Assembly: GCA_964644695.1 (NCBI GenBank) | Contig: CAZXWN010000001.1 | Coordinates: 578,805-642,804 of the forward strand | Direction: 5' to 3' | Source: an uncultured bacterium | GTDB lineage: Bacteria > UBP4 > UBA4092 | Length of the DNA: 64,000 bases | Shown here: positions 50,416 to 60,023 of the stretch, piece by piece | Position numbering within the stretch: position 1 is the first letter of the stretch | How the letters are laid out: each line of letters begins with the position of its first letter | Made by a program: the position numbers and the translations under genes | The notes under the pieces: model-generated | What the model was told of the DNA's origin: nothing | The model's input: the letters and a program-made list of their open reading frames with translations, nothing else | The model's database searches: none

Positions 50416-51834
50416 CTACTTAACTTTAGTACCTGCTGAAACAACCTGTTCAGGAGATAGTATAATTGGTTTTCCATCCTTTGTAGCAGCCAAAATCATG
50501 CCTCTAGATTCAATTCCCCTAATTTTTCTGGGTTCAAGATTGGTTAGCAAAACCATGTTCTTTCCAATCATATCCTCAGGGGTATAAGACGCTGCAATTC
50601 CAGCAACAACCTGTCGAGGCTCTGCTTCACCAATATCAATCATCAATCTAAGTAACTTATCAGCTTTTTCTACTTTTTCAGCGGATATAACATTCCCAAT
50701 TCTAATGTCCATCTGTGAAAATTGATCATAATTTATAACAGGAATCTGTTCTTCTACAACTGTTTTTTCAACCACAGGTTCTTGTGGAGTTTCCTTGATT
50801 TCTTCCATAATTATTCCCTCGGATAACTGTTTTAAAAATCGAATGTCATTATCATAAAACAAGCGGATATCATCAATCCCGTATTTCAACATGGCTATGC
50901 GTTCCAGACCAAAACCAAAAGCAAAGCCAGTATAAATTGAAGTATCATATCCAACATGTTTGAATACCTCTGGATCAACCATGCCACACCCGCCTAACTC
51001 AATCCACCCGGATGTTTTACATACCCGGCATCCTTTTCCTTTACAGAAGAAACAAGACATATGTAATTCAGCACTGGGTTCAGTAAATGGGAAGAAGTGT
51101 GGTGTAAATCTGGTTTTACAATCTTCACCGAACATGGCTTTAACAAAAATGTCCAGTAATCCCTTTAAATCACCCAAGGTAATTCCCTTATCCACCATTA
51201 ATCCTTCAATTTGGTGAAATTGATAATTATGAGTAGCATCTACAGCATCACGACGGAAACAACGCCCAGGAGCTACCATTCGAATTGGGGGTTGTCGTTT
51301 TTCCATTACACGAATTTGAACAGTTGATGTTTGCGTCCTCATCAAATGCTTTTCAGTAATATAAAACGAATCCTGTTCATCACGCGCAGGATGATCTGCT
51401 GGTGTGTTTAGTGCTTCAAAATTATAAAAATCAGTTTCAATTTCAGGGCCAACTTCAACAGTAAACCCCATTGTCCGAAAAATATCTTCAATTTCATAAC
51501 GTACTCTGGTTACTGGATGCAATCCACCCGTAGAAAGTTGGCGACCGGGAACAGTAATATCAAAACTATCCACCGACTTCGCCTTTCCAGCACCACTTAA
51601 ACCAGCTAATTTAGATTCCAACATTGAAGCTATGGAATTCTTTAATTGATTAGCTTGTTGGCCTAATAAAGGCCTTTCTTCAGCAGAAACTGTAGATAAA
51701 GACCGAAGGATGTCTGTAATTACACCCTTCCGTCCCAGATACTTTGTTTTTAGTTGTTCAAGGTCAGCTGATTGCGTGACTTTTTCAATTAGGTCAGCTG
51801 CTTCTTGTTCTATCTGTTTAATTTTTTCCCGCAT
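50416..51834 (-). CDS. pheS: Phenylalanine--tRNA ligase alpha subunit with a fused C-terminal OB-fold tRNA-binding (Myf/EMAP/CsaA-like) domain
   Basis: Class II motifs 2 and 3 (FRRDAVDATHNYQFHQIEG; GFAFGFGLERIAML) followed by a linker and a 110-aa tRNA_bind domain (IRIGNVISAEKVEKADKLLRLMIDIGE...RGIESRGMILA). Start set at the Met with an AAAGGA RBS; the track ORF extends to 51918. Confidence 0.8.
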   Translation of the reverse strand: MREKIKQIEQEAADLIEKVTQSADLEQLKTKYLGRKGVITDILRSLSTVSAEERPLLGQQANQLKNSIASMLESKLAGLSGAGKAKSVDSFDITVPGRQLSTGGLHPVTRVRYEIEDIFRTMGFTVEVGPEIETDFYNFEALNTPADHPARDEQDSFYITEKHLMRTQTSTVQIRVMEKRQPPIRMVAPGRCFRRDAVDATHNYQFHQIEGLMVDKGITLGDLKGLLDIFVKAMFGEDCKTRFTPHFFPFTEPSAELHMSCFFCKGKGCRVCKTSGWIELGGCGMVDPEVFKHVGYDTSIYTGFAFGFGLERIAMLKYGIDDIRLFYDNDIRFLKQLSEGIIMEEIKETPQEPVVEKTVVEEQIPVINYDQFSQMDIRIGNVISAEKVEKADKLLRLMIDIGEAEPRQVVAGIAASYTPEDMIGKNMVLLTNLEPRKIRGIESRGMILAATKDGKPIILSPEQVVSAGTKVK

Positions 51835-53206
51835 TGAATAAGTCCTTTGATTCAGAACAGAAAATGGGTCGTACTTCTCCGACAATGTATAGGGATCCGG
51901 TAATACAGACAAGATCATCAGAAGAAGCCATATTTAAAGCATATTCTACTGCATTCTGGGTATCATTGGCAATTTGGACTGGTTTCTCCAGGCTGGCAAC
52001 AAACGACTGTAAATATTCAGGTTGTACCGCACGACGGTGATGAGCAGCCGTCAGAACAACCTTATCTGCCAGTGGAATTAATATCTTAAGTAAAGATTCC
52101 CTTTCTTTGCCCTCAGTTAAACCAACAACCAAAATCAGCTTTTTATACTGAAAATCATTTTTTAAGGATTGGTAGAGGACCTTAGCTCCAGCCTCATTAT
52201 GGGCTCCATCCAGCAATACAATTGGATTATTCTTCACAACTTCCAGGCGGCCAGGCCAACGCATCTGTTCAATTCCTTGATATATTGCCATAATCAACTT
52301 ATTTAAGGGCGATACAATATCAGAAGATTGGCTATTTCCAGACATCATTGCTGTTATAGGGGAATTATCTACCAAAGGCACTGAAGATTCATAGCGAAAT
52401 AAATTCAGCAATTCCGCGGCACTTCGGATAGCTAAAGCAGCATTTTCAACCTGATGTCTGCCCAACATTGTTGTTTTAATAGATGATAAGGTCAGGTATT
52501 TACTGGAATAATTAAACTCACCTTTACCAATTTGTTCCGTACAAAAATCATCGGGATAGACCCAAAGGGGTGAGTCCTTTTCCTTTGCTGTTTTCCGAAT
52601 GACTTCAAGTGCCGTCCCAGATGCTCCGGTAATTACAGGGATTCCGGGTTTAATAATACCGGCCTTCTCATAAGCAATATCCGCTAAAGAAGTTCCAAGC
52701 TGTTGCATGTGATCATAATCAATATTTGTTATTACACTTAACTCGGGAATAACAACATTGGTTGCATCCAGCCTCCCACCTAAACCAACTTCCAATACAA
52801 CATAATCAACTGATTTATCAGCAAAATACCTAAGAGATAAAGCTGTAGTCACCTCGAAAAAAGTGGGAGTTAATTCAGGTGAATTATCGAGTATTGCTTT
52901 TATCTTTTCAACTTGTTTAACCAATTCATCAGGCGAAATTGAAACTCTATTTATACGGATTCTTTCCTCAAAAAATGACAAATGGGGAGACGTGTAGAGC
53001 CCTGTCTTATAACCAGCACATTCAAGTATATTTGCCAGATAACAAGATACGGAACCCTTACCATTTGTGCCAGCTATATGGATAAATTTCAACTGTTTCT
53101 CAGGATTGCCCAACAGGTTAAGCAATTGTCTGATATTGTCCAAACCCAGCTTAATTCCGTAGAGTTCAAATTGATATAAGTATTCCAGCGCCTGAGAATA
53201 ATCCAT
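51818..53206 (-). CDS. folC: Folylpolyglutamate synthase / dihydrofolate synthase
   Basis: 462 aa; Mur-ligase-family P-loop HIAGTNGKGS and the FolC N-terminus. Confidence 0.85.
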   Translation of the reverse strand: MDYSQALEYLYQFELYGIKLGLDNIRQLLNLLGNPEKQLKFIHIAGTNGKGSVSCYLANILECAGYKTGLYTSPHLSFFEERIRINRVSISPDELVKQVEKIKAILDNSPELTPTFFEVTTALSLRYFADKSVDYVVLEVGLGGRLDATNVVIPELSVITNIDYDHMQQLGTSLADIAYEKAGIIKPGIPVITGASGTALEVIRKTAKEKDSPLWVYPDDFCTEQIGKGEFNYSSKYLTLSSIKTTMLGRHQVENAALAIRSAAELLNLFRYESSVPLVDNSPITAMMSGNSQSSDIVSPLNKLIMAIYQGIEQMRWPGRLEVVKNNPIVLLDGAHNEAGAKVLYQSLKNDFQYKKLILVVGLTEGKERESLLKILIPLADKVVLTAAHHRRAVQPEYLQSFVASLEKPVQIANDTQNAVEYALNMASSDDLVCITGSLYIVGEVRPIFCSESKDLFNAGKN

Positions 53207-53252
53207 ATAATCACCAATAAAGAGGAGTAAATCAAGATATAATGAATAGTTT

Positions 53253-55349
53253 ATGATAAACCAATTCGATTCATCTATGTTTCACCTAATCAATCAAGTT
53301 TGGGTTAATCCTAATTTGGATATGTTATTCAAAGGGATTAATCAAAACATATTTTTGTATTTTTCCATCGGAATAATTGCTTCTTTGGTATGGTTCAAGG
53401 GTGGCAAAGAAGGAAAAATCACTCTTCTCTTATCAGTTCTGGCTTTTGCACTTAATGATGGAATTTCTCATCTAATAAAAGATTGGGTCAAAAGACCGCG
53501 CCCTTTTCTGATAGAAGATTCGTACAACATATTAGTCGGAATGGGTAAATCCTATTCTTTTCCATCGTCCCATTCATCAAATGCCATGGCATTCACTATT
53601 CCCATTCTGCTTTCTCAGATAAAGAAAAGTAAATCCTGGTTTGCTCTTCTACTTATCCCTCTTCTTGTTGGTTATTCAAGGATTTATGTTGGGGTGCACT
53701 ATCCTTCTGATGTTTTAGCCGGGTTCCTGATAGGTGGAGTAACTGGGTATTTAATTTATATATGGAATCAGAAGTATCCATTCTTCTCACAGAATACAGA
53801 TGGTAAATGGACTTTCAACTTCAAATCAATTTTCTATCTCCTCTTAATTGGTGTTACATTATACCGCTTGATTTTTATTTCTGATCCTGACAATACGCTG
53901 ACTGCCGAAGAAGCCCAGTATTGGGATTGGTCCCGTAATCTTGATTTCAGCTATTACTCTAAGCCCCCCCTCATTGCCTTCATTATTAAGTTATGCACAT
54001 TAACGTGGGGAAATACAGCATTTGCAGTACGTATGGGCCCTATTATTATTTCCATTTTATTGGCGTTATCCACCTATTATTTGGCTGACAAAATCTACAA
54101 AAACAGTAAAGTATGTCTTAGCGCTGTCGTGTTATTCAGTCTTGCACCACTCTTTGCAGCAGGTGCACTCCTGATGACAACAGATACCCCACAAGTACTC
54201 TTTTGGGGACTGTCCATCTTATCGTTTTATATGGCAGTCTTTGAAAAGAAGACCGTCCATTGGTACGGCTTGGGACTTTGGTTTGGTCTTGGAATGTTAA
54301 GCAAATACACGATGGTTCTTTTAGCTCCATGTTTACTTCTTTTCCTTTTAACCAGTACAGAGTACAGGTTTTGGATTTTCAGAAAAGAACCCTATCTGGC
54401 CGCACTTATTACAACACTTCTGTTCTTACCAGTAGTGTATTGGAACTGGTCACACAACTGGGTAACATTCCGACATGTGGCCGGTCAGGCACATGCACAT
54501 GATGGCTTTACAATCCAATGGAAACAGTTTGGAGATTTTCTTGGTTCACAAATTGGAGTAATAAATCCGCTTTTCTTTATTCCGATGATTTATTTCTCTT
54601 ATGTATGGTTAAGAGATTTTAAAAACAGACGGAACAAGCCAGAAATGATGCTTTTATGGACATCATTCCCTGTTCTGGGATTTTTCTTGTTAAAAAGCCT
54701 CCAGGGAAAGGTTGAAGCCAATTGGGCCAGTACAGCCTATTATGGATGGTTGTTATTTTTAGCTGGAGAAGTTGTCCATTACCATCAAAACATTTCTTCA
54801 AAAAAGAAAAAAATAAGGTTTTACATTTTCTCTGTATCGGCGGTCTTGGTTGGTCTTATCATGACCGTTTTAATCCATGATACAAAACTCCTGTATAAAA
54901 AAGGGTTAATAACCAACCCACGAAAAGATCCAACCACAAGACTTTACGGTTGGAATCAATTAGGCGATCAGGTTGATAGTATACGAAAGAAAATGCCCAA
55001 TCCAAATTCCACATTTTTCTTTACAGACTATTACCAACTGGCTTCCGAATTAGCTTTTTATGTGCCTGGGCAACCAAGAACATACACAGTCATCTTTGGT
55101 GATCGCCGTATGTCCCAATATGATATTTGGGGTGGTATTGAACAGAATAAAGGCAAAAATGGAATTTTTATTACCGAATATATGGATTTGGGTAATGATT
55201 CGACACTACGAAATGCCTTCGCCACCGTTGCGCCATATCAGATAATTACAGTTATGCGACACAATATGCTTGTAAAAACATACTATGCCTATCCCTGTTA
55301 TGGTTACAAGGGAGTGACTATCGGCAAAGCCCAACCTGAGAGGTATTAA
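53253..55349 (+). CDS. Fusion protein: N-terminal PAP2 (type 2 phosphatidic acid / undecaprenyl-diphosphate phosphatase) plus C-terminal GT-C glycosyltransferase (ArnT/PMT family), paralog 3
   Basis: 698 aa; PAP2 motifs KRPRP ... PSSHS ... SRIYVGVHYPSDV in the first 180 aa; then a GT-C N-terminal loop motif (AEEAQYWDWSRN...YYSKPPL) and more than 10 TM helices. Confidence 0.7.
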   Translation: MINQFDSSMFHLINQVWVNPNLDMLFKGINQNIFLYFSIGIIASLVWFKGGKEGKITLLLSVLAFALNDGISHLIKDWVKRPRPFLIEDSYNILVGMGKSYSFPSSHSSNAMAFTIPILLSQIKKSKSWFALLLIPLLVGYSRIYVGVHYPSDVLAGFLIGGVTGYLIYIWNQKYPFFSQNTDGKWTFNFKSIFYLLLIGVTLYRLIFISDPDNTLTAEEAQYWDWSRNLDFSYYSKPPLIAFIIKLCTLTWGNTAFAVRMGPIIISILLALSTYYLADKIYKNSKVCLSAVVLFSLAPLFAAGALLMTTDTPQVLFWGLSILSFYMAVFEKKTVHWYGLGLWFGLGMLSKYTMVLLAPCLLLFLLTSTEYRFWIFRKEPYLAALITTLLFLPVVYWNWSHNWVTFRHVAGQAHAHDGFTIQWKQFGDFLGSQIGVINPLFFIPMIYFSYVWLRDFKNRRNKPEMMLLWTSFPVLGFFLLKSLQGKVEANWASTAYYGWLLFLAGEVVHYHQNISSKKKKIRFYIFSVSAVLVGLIMTVLIHDTKLLYKKGLITNPRKDPTTRLYGWNQLGDQVDSIRKKMPNPNSTFFFTDYYQLASELAFYVPGQPRTYTVIFGDRRMSQYDIWGGIEQNKGKNGIFITEYMDLGNDSTLRNAFATVAPYQIITVMRHNMLVKTYYAYPCYGYKGVTIGKAQPERY

Positions 55350-55353
55350 TCTT

Positions 55354-56304
55354 ATGTTAGAACAAAAACTTGATTTATCCATCATTATTCCCCTTCTGAA
55401 TGAAGAAGAAAGCGTCATCGAACTCCATCGGCAGGTTAATAGTGTCTTAAAAACATTAGGCCGCTCCTATGAAATTATATGTGTTGATGATGGAAGTACA
55501 GATAAAACGGCCGCACTTTTGTCAGGATTAAACGACCCCAATCTGGTTATCATTCGGCTTCGACGAAGATTTGGACAAACCGCCGCCATGTCCGCAGGGC
55601 TGGACCATGCTCAAGGCGAAGTCATAATCATGATGGATGGCGATCTTCAAAATGACCCGCAAGATATTCCCCGATTATTGGATAAAATGCAGGAAGGATA
55701 CGATATCGTCAGTGGCTGGAGAAAGAACCGGAAAGATGCTTTCATTTCCAGAACACTCCCCTCCAGAATTGCCAACTGGCTTATAGGATTCATGACAGGT
55801 GTAAAACTTCATGATTATGGATGTTCCCTCAAAGCCTATCATCGGGATGTCATGAAAGACCTGAAACTGTATGGTGAAATGCATCGATTTATCCCTGCAT
55901 TAGCCAGCTGGTATGGGGCAAATGTTGCAGAAATCCCAGTCACCCACCATCCCCGTCAATTTGGAAAAAGTAAGTATTCCATTACACGAGTAACCCGGGT
56001 TGTTCTGGATTTATTAACCGTTAAGTTCTTACTATCCTTCATTACCAAACCCCTGCAGATATTTGGAATATTTGGTTTAAGTTCATTTTCCATAGGCACT
56101 TTGATTTGCCTGTATCTTTCTTTCTTAAAGCTAGTCCTTCAACACCAAATCGGAAACCGCCCTCTTTTATGGCTGGGCGTTTTATTGATTATTGTTGGGA
56201 TCCAACTGATAATATTTGGTTTGTTGGCTGAAATGTTGGCACGAACTTATTTCGAATCTCAATCAAAGAAAATCTATGCAATCAGGGAAGTTATTCAGAA
56301 ATAA
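55354..56304 (+). CDS. GT2-family polyprenyl-phosphate sugar synthase (ArnC/Dpm1/GtrB-like) with C-terminal TM anchor
   Basis: 316 aa; GT-A motifs (IIIPLLNEE, CVDDGSTD, DGDLQNDP) plus two C-terminal TM helices, typical of ArnC/GtrB. Confidence 0.8.
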   Translation: MLEQKLDLSIIIPLLNEEESVIELHRQVNSVLKTLGRSYEIICVDDGSTDKTAALLSGLNDPNLVIIRLRRRFGQTAAMSAGLDHAQGEVIIMMDGDLQNDPQDIPRLLDKMQEGYDIVSGWRKNRKDAFISRTLPSRIANWLIGFMTGVKLHDYGCSLKAYHRDVMKDLKLYGEMHRFIPALASWYGANVAEIPVTHHPRQFGKSKYSITRVTRVVLDLLTVKFLLSFITKPLQIFGIFGLSSFSIGTLICLYLSFLKLVLQHQIGNRPLLWLGVLLIIVGIQLIIFGLLAEMLARTYFESQSKKIYAIREVIQK

Positions 56305-56306
56305 TC

Positions 56307-57341
56307 GTGAAAAAACATTTATTTTTAATCATCAAATTTACAATTACTATTGGAATCCTGCTCTATTTGTATTTTGAAATAGAGTGGCAGGACATGCAGC
56401 AAACATTAACTCACGCCAGTGCCAGTATGCTTATTCTGGCGATTTTAATTTATGCCGCCAGTCAGTTCCTCAACACCTATAAATGGTCTGTTCTTTTACA
56501 CTCTCACGGTCCCCGGCATCCAATGAGAAGACTTTTAACCTATAACTTTATTGGGATGTTTTGCAATACTTTCATGCCAGGCATGGTGGGGGGAGATGTG
56601 CAAAAGTGTTACGCTGTTTTTCGCGATGAGAAGAAAAGAAGTGGCGAACAGGGTCTCCCGAAAGGTCGACTGCCTGAAATTATAAGCAGCATTCTGGTAG
56701 CTCGAATCACGGGTGTATTAGCCATGATCTGGCAGGCAAACCTCGCCTATTTCTTTTTGTTCCCCCATTTAGATATTTACAAAAATTCAAACAACCCTTT
56801 CCTTAAAATCATCCTGCCATACATTCTATTGGGACTTCTGGCGGGAACAGTTCTGTTTTTTATTATTCCCAGATTCTTTAATTTCAATGTGCATCAACAT
56901 GAAACGAAAACAGGTCTTCTCAATAAGTTAATAAACCCAATAAAGAGAATGGCCATGAATGTTAGAGGCTATGTTGAAAATTGGCGGTTGATTGTATATG
57001 TGATGATTCTTTCTCTGATTTTTCAGGGAATTATGAATTTCATATATGCACTGGTTGGGATGTCTCTTCATCTGCCCGTTTCCTGGATTTACTATTTTAT
57101 TGCAATTCCTCTGGTTACTTTGATCTCATCAATACCCATTAGTATCAGTGGATTTGGTGTTAGAGAAGGCGCTATGGCGACATTTTTCAGTTTCGTTGGA
57201 GTGGGTACAGCTGAAGCAGTTTTATTGTCATTTTCAGTTGTCTTTGTTTCAATTGTTCCTTCTCTATTTGGCGGATTACTTCTCCTGAAGGAAGGTTTTT
57301 TTGTGCAGCCGAGCAAGTCTGAATTAGAGGGAGATGAGTAG
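56307..57341 (+). CDS. UPF0104 / LPG-synthase-TM-type flippase-like membrane protein
   Basis: 344 aa with about 8 TM helices; architecture and position after the GT2 gene match the flippase-like AglD2/MprF-TM family. Confidence 0.55.
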   Translation: MKKHLFLIIKFTITIGILLYLYFEIEWQDMQQTLTHASASMLILAILIYAASQFLNTYKWSVLLHSHGPRHPMRRLLTYNFIGMFCNTFMPGMVGGDVQKCYAVFRDEKKRSGEQGLPKGRLPEIISSILVARITGVLAMIWQANLAYFFLFPHLDIYKNSNNPFLKIILPYILLGLLAGTVLFFIIPRFFNFNVHQHETKTGLLNKLINPIKRMAMNVRGYVENWRLIVYVMILSLIFQGIMNFIYALVGMSLHLPVSWIYYFIAIPLVTLISSIPISISGFGVREGAMATFFSFVGVGTAEAVLLSFSVVFVSIVPSLFGGLLLLKEGFFVQPSKSELEGDE

Positions 57342-58309
57342 TGTCGATTATAAAACCCAGACACATTGAACCCGGATGTACCATTGGATTGGTAGCCCCA
57401 TCAGGTCCGGCTGTTCGGTCGAAAGACACACCTCCAGGCACGTTGCCTGATCATTTACAAAAGGGCATTGATTATCTTCATCATCTCGGTTACAAAGTTA
57501 AAGTTGGAAGAAATGCTCTTAATCGAAGAGGCTATCTGGCGGGAACAGATCAAGAACGATTACATGATTTTCATGCCTTCATTAGTGACCCTGCCATTGA
57601 TGCGGTATTCTGCCTTGCCGGGGGATATGGTACTCCCCGATTGCTTCCTGATTTAGACATGGATTTAATCCATAATAATCCCAAGATTATTGAAGGATAT
57701 AGTGATATAACGGCTCTCCTGACATCCATACATGACCATACAGGTTTGGTTACTTTTCATGGACCCATGGCAAATTGGGATTTTGGCAGAGACATTGACT
57801 ATAACCGAGAGGGCCTGTGGAATGTCATGTCCAAGACACTTCCCCACGGCCCACTTTCTATTCCTGAGAATTTCACAAAACCCCAGACTATCATTCCAGG
57901 CGTTGTTTCCGGGAAATTAGTCGGCGGGAATCTTTCATTATTGGTAACCACCCTGGGAACACCTTGGGAAATCAATACGGAAGATTGCGTTCTATTTATT
58001 GAAGATGTAGAAGAAGCCCCTTACCGCTTTGACAGAATGATGAATCAACTTCGATTAGCAGGGAAATTGGAACAGGCCAAGGGATTTATTATCGGTGAAT
58101 GTGTAAATTGTATCCCTTCATCTGAAGACTCCCCTTCCTTAACGCTTGAAGAAGTCCTGGATGATTACCTTCTGCCGTTAAATAAGCCCTGTATTTATCC
58201 ATATCCCTGTGGGCATGGCACATACAAAGTCACACTACCCTTGGGTATCAATTGCACCCTGGATGCAACTCAGGCAGTACTGTCTCTGGATGAATCAGCA
58301 GTCTTGTAG
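57341..58309 (+). CDS. ldcA: LD-carboxypeptidase (peptidase S66, LdcA/MccF family)
   Basis: 322 aa; GTG start; S66 fold motifs (GDTIGLVAPSG-like N-terminus; YSDITAL nucleophile Ser region; C-terminal His/Glu). Confidence 0.75.
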   Translation: MSIIKPRHIEPGCTIGLVAPSGPAVRSKDTPPGTLPDHLQKGIDYLHHLGYKVKVGRNALNRRGYLAGTDQERLHDFHAFISDPAIDAVFCLAGGYGTPRLLPDLDMDLIHNNPKIIEGYSDITALLTSIHDHTGLVTFHGPMANWDFGRDIDYNREGLWNVMSKTLPHGPLSIPENFTKPQTIIPGVVSGKLVGGNLSLLVTTLGTPWEINTEDCVLFIEDVEEAPYRFDRMMNQLRLAGKLEQAKGFIIGECVNCIPSSEDSPSLTLEEVLDDYLLPLNKPCIYPYPCGHGTYKVTLPLGINCTLDATQAVLSLDESAVL

Positions 58310-58327
58310 ATAAGAAAGGGATATCCG

Positions 58328-59206
58328 ATGTTTATTGGAAACAAAACGGTATCAGGATTTTCTTTACGGATGTATCAGGTGGGGAATCTCCACCTTGGAA
58401 TCCCAACGGATATAGGGCCCAGGATACTCTATCTGGCACATCAAAATCGACCTGAAGACAATCTGTTTTCCATTTTACCCAATGCAGGTCGTCAGACAGA
58501 CGAGGGATTTTGGCATCTATATGGTGGGCACCGGTTATGGGCCGCTCCAGAAGCCTTTCCTCGAACCTACTCGCTGGATAATCGACCCATTATCTTATCT
58601 GAAGATGATAAGGGCATCACTCTTGAAAGTGAACCCGAACCACTGGCAGGGATTGATAAAAAATTAATCATCATGCCCCATTCTTCCGGGGGGATAAAGA
58701 TTATTCACCGAATTCAAAATAAGGGATTATGGCCAATCCAATTAGCATGCTGGGCACTCAGTGTGATGCAACCAAACGGAACCGCTGTACTTCCTATTAC
58801 TCCACAACCCGTTGATGTGGACAACCTCTTGCCCGACAGAACACTCACAATCTGGCCCTATACTGACTTGAAAGATTCAAGATTATCTTTCCATAATGAC
58901 AGAATCGTTATTCAACAAAATCCGAAATTAAAACCTCCTCTTAAAATAGGAACACGAGCAAACCCACCGGCAGGTTATTACTATTGGAATGGATTACTTT
59001 TCAAGAAGGAAAATAGAATCCTGCCCGATGCAAATTATCCCGATGGAAATTCAACCTTCGAAGTTTACACCTCTTCAGAAATGCTGGAGTTGGAAACACT
59101 AGGACCCCTGACCTTACTGGAACCGGAACAGGAAACGCAATCCATCGAAATCTGGAATGTTTACGAAACTGATAAATTCATCCCCGAAACCGAGAAACTG
59201 ACTTAG
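58328..59206 (+). CDS. Hypothetical protein (no recognised family)
   Basis: 292 aa soluble protein with no signal peptide, co-directional and closely spaced after ldcA. Confidence 0.4.
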   Translation: MFIGNKTVSGFSLRMYQVGNLHLGIPTDIGPRILYLAHQNRPEDNLFSILPNAGRQTDEGFWHLYGGHRLWAAPEAFPRTYSLDNRPIILSEDDKGITLESEPEPLAGIDKKLIIMPHSSGGIKIIHRIQNKGLWPIQLACWALSVMQPNGTAVLPITPQPVDVDNLLPDRTLTIWPYTDLKDSRLSFHNDRIVIQQNPKLKPPLKIGTRANPPAGYYYWNGLLFKKENRILPDANYPDGNSTFEVYTSSEMLELETLGPLTLLEPEQETQSIEIWNVYETDKFIPETEKLT

Positions 59207-59300
59207 CACCGATTTGACAATACCTTTTATGTAAGTCGGAAAAACGAATCAGAAACGAAGAGGGTGGGTCTGAAAAAAGCCTTTTTTCCGGTAAAGCTCT

Positions 59301-59347
59301 GAACGTTTCACGGAGCTGCTCGAAATAGCTCCGTGGATGGTTCGTTC
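59301..59347. repeat. Palindromic hairpin repeat family B, copy 2 (GAACG-ttt-CACGGAGCT - gctcgaaat - AGCTCCGTG-gatgg-TTCGTTC)
   Basis: Shares a 38-nt core with the 16454 copy; lies between convergent genes just beyond the nuclease terminator. Confidence 0.75.
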
Positions 59348-59378
59348 TTGAAAAAAATCAAATAAGAACGGGGAGAGT

Positions 59379-60011
59379 TTATTCTTTCCAGAGTCCCCGA
59401 TTGTTCTCCCGTGCTTCCTTCATCAGTTTTCTGAACAAGTCTTCATATTTAACATTGGGAGGGATTGTCATTATTTGGGCATATCCGTTTTGGATAATCA
59501 GAGAATTCACCATTTCCCCATTCTCCAAATACAGGTACGCCAGAAGACGTCCATATCGATCACGCGGTTGAACGTCCGTTTCAACGGTTACTTTGGTTCC
59601 TTTAGGTAAAATTGATTTTGTATATTGAGCCGCTTCTTTCCCAAGCTTCACAATTTCTGAAACCGATTCTCCTGTTTTACTGGAATCGCGCCGGGCTTTT
59701 TCATTATTTTTTGATTCAGGAGTATCCACACCTATCAGGCGTACTTTTTCTTCCTGACCATTGAGTAAAATCACGACGGTATCCCCATCCACTACACGTA
59801 CAACATCAGCTTTTTCGTGTGATTGCGAATTGGTGTTTGAAGAGGAATCAACCTGCTTTTGAGAATGAGAAGTCTTATTTTTGGTTCGAGATGATTTCTG
59901 AGAGGGGAATAATATTTCCCTGCCTAATCCCCAAATTAAAATCAAAACGGCCACAACAAGAGTAACGAGGAAGTTTGTTGGTTTTCTGGAAGAAAATCGT
60001 CGGGGTGACAT
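59379..60011 (-). CDS. Membrane-anchored staphylococcal-nuclease-like (SNase/thermonuclease) protein
   Basis: 210 aa; N-terminal TM anchor; SNase motifs (VVRVVDGDTV ... RLIGVDTPE ... DRYGRLLAY). Confidence 0.8.
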   Translation of the reverse strand: MSPRRFSSRKPTNFLVTLVVAVLILIWGLGREILFPSQKSSRTKNKTSHSQKQVDSSSNTNSQSHEKADVVRVVDGDTVVILLNGQEEKVRLIGVDTPESKNNEKARRDSSKTGESVSEIVKLGKEAAQYTKSILPKGTKVTVETDVQPRDRYGRLLAYLYLENGEMVNSLIIQNGYAQIMTIPPNVKYEDLFRKLMKEARENNRGLWKE

Positions 60012-60023
60012 AGATGATTAATT

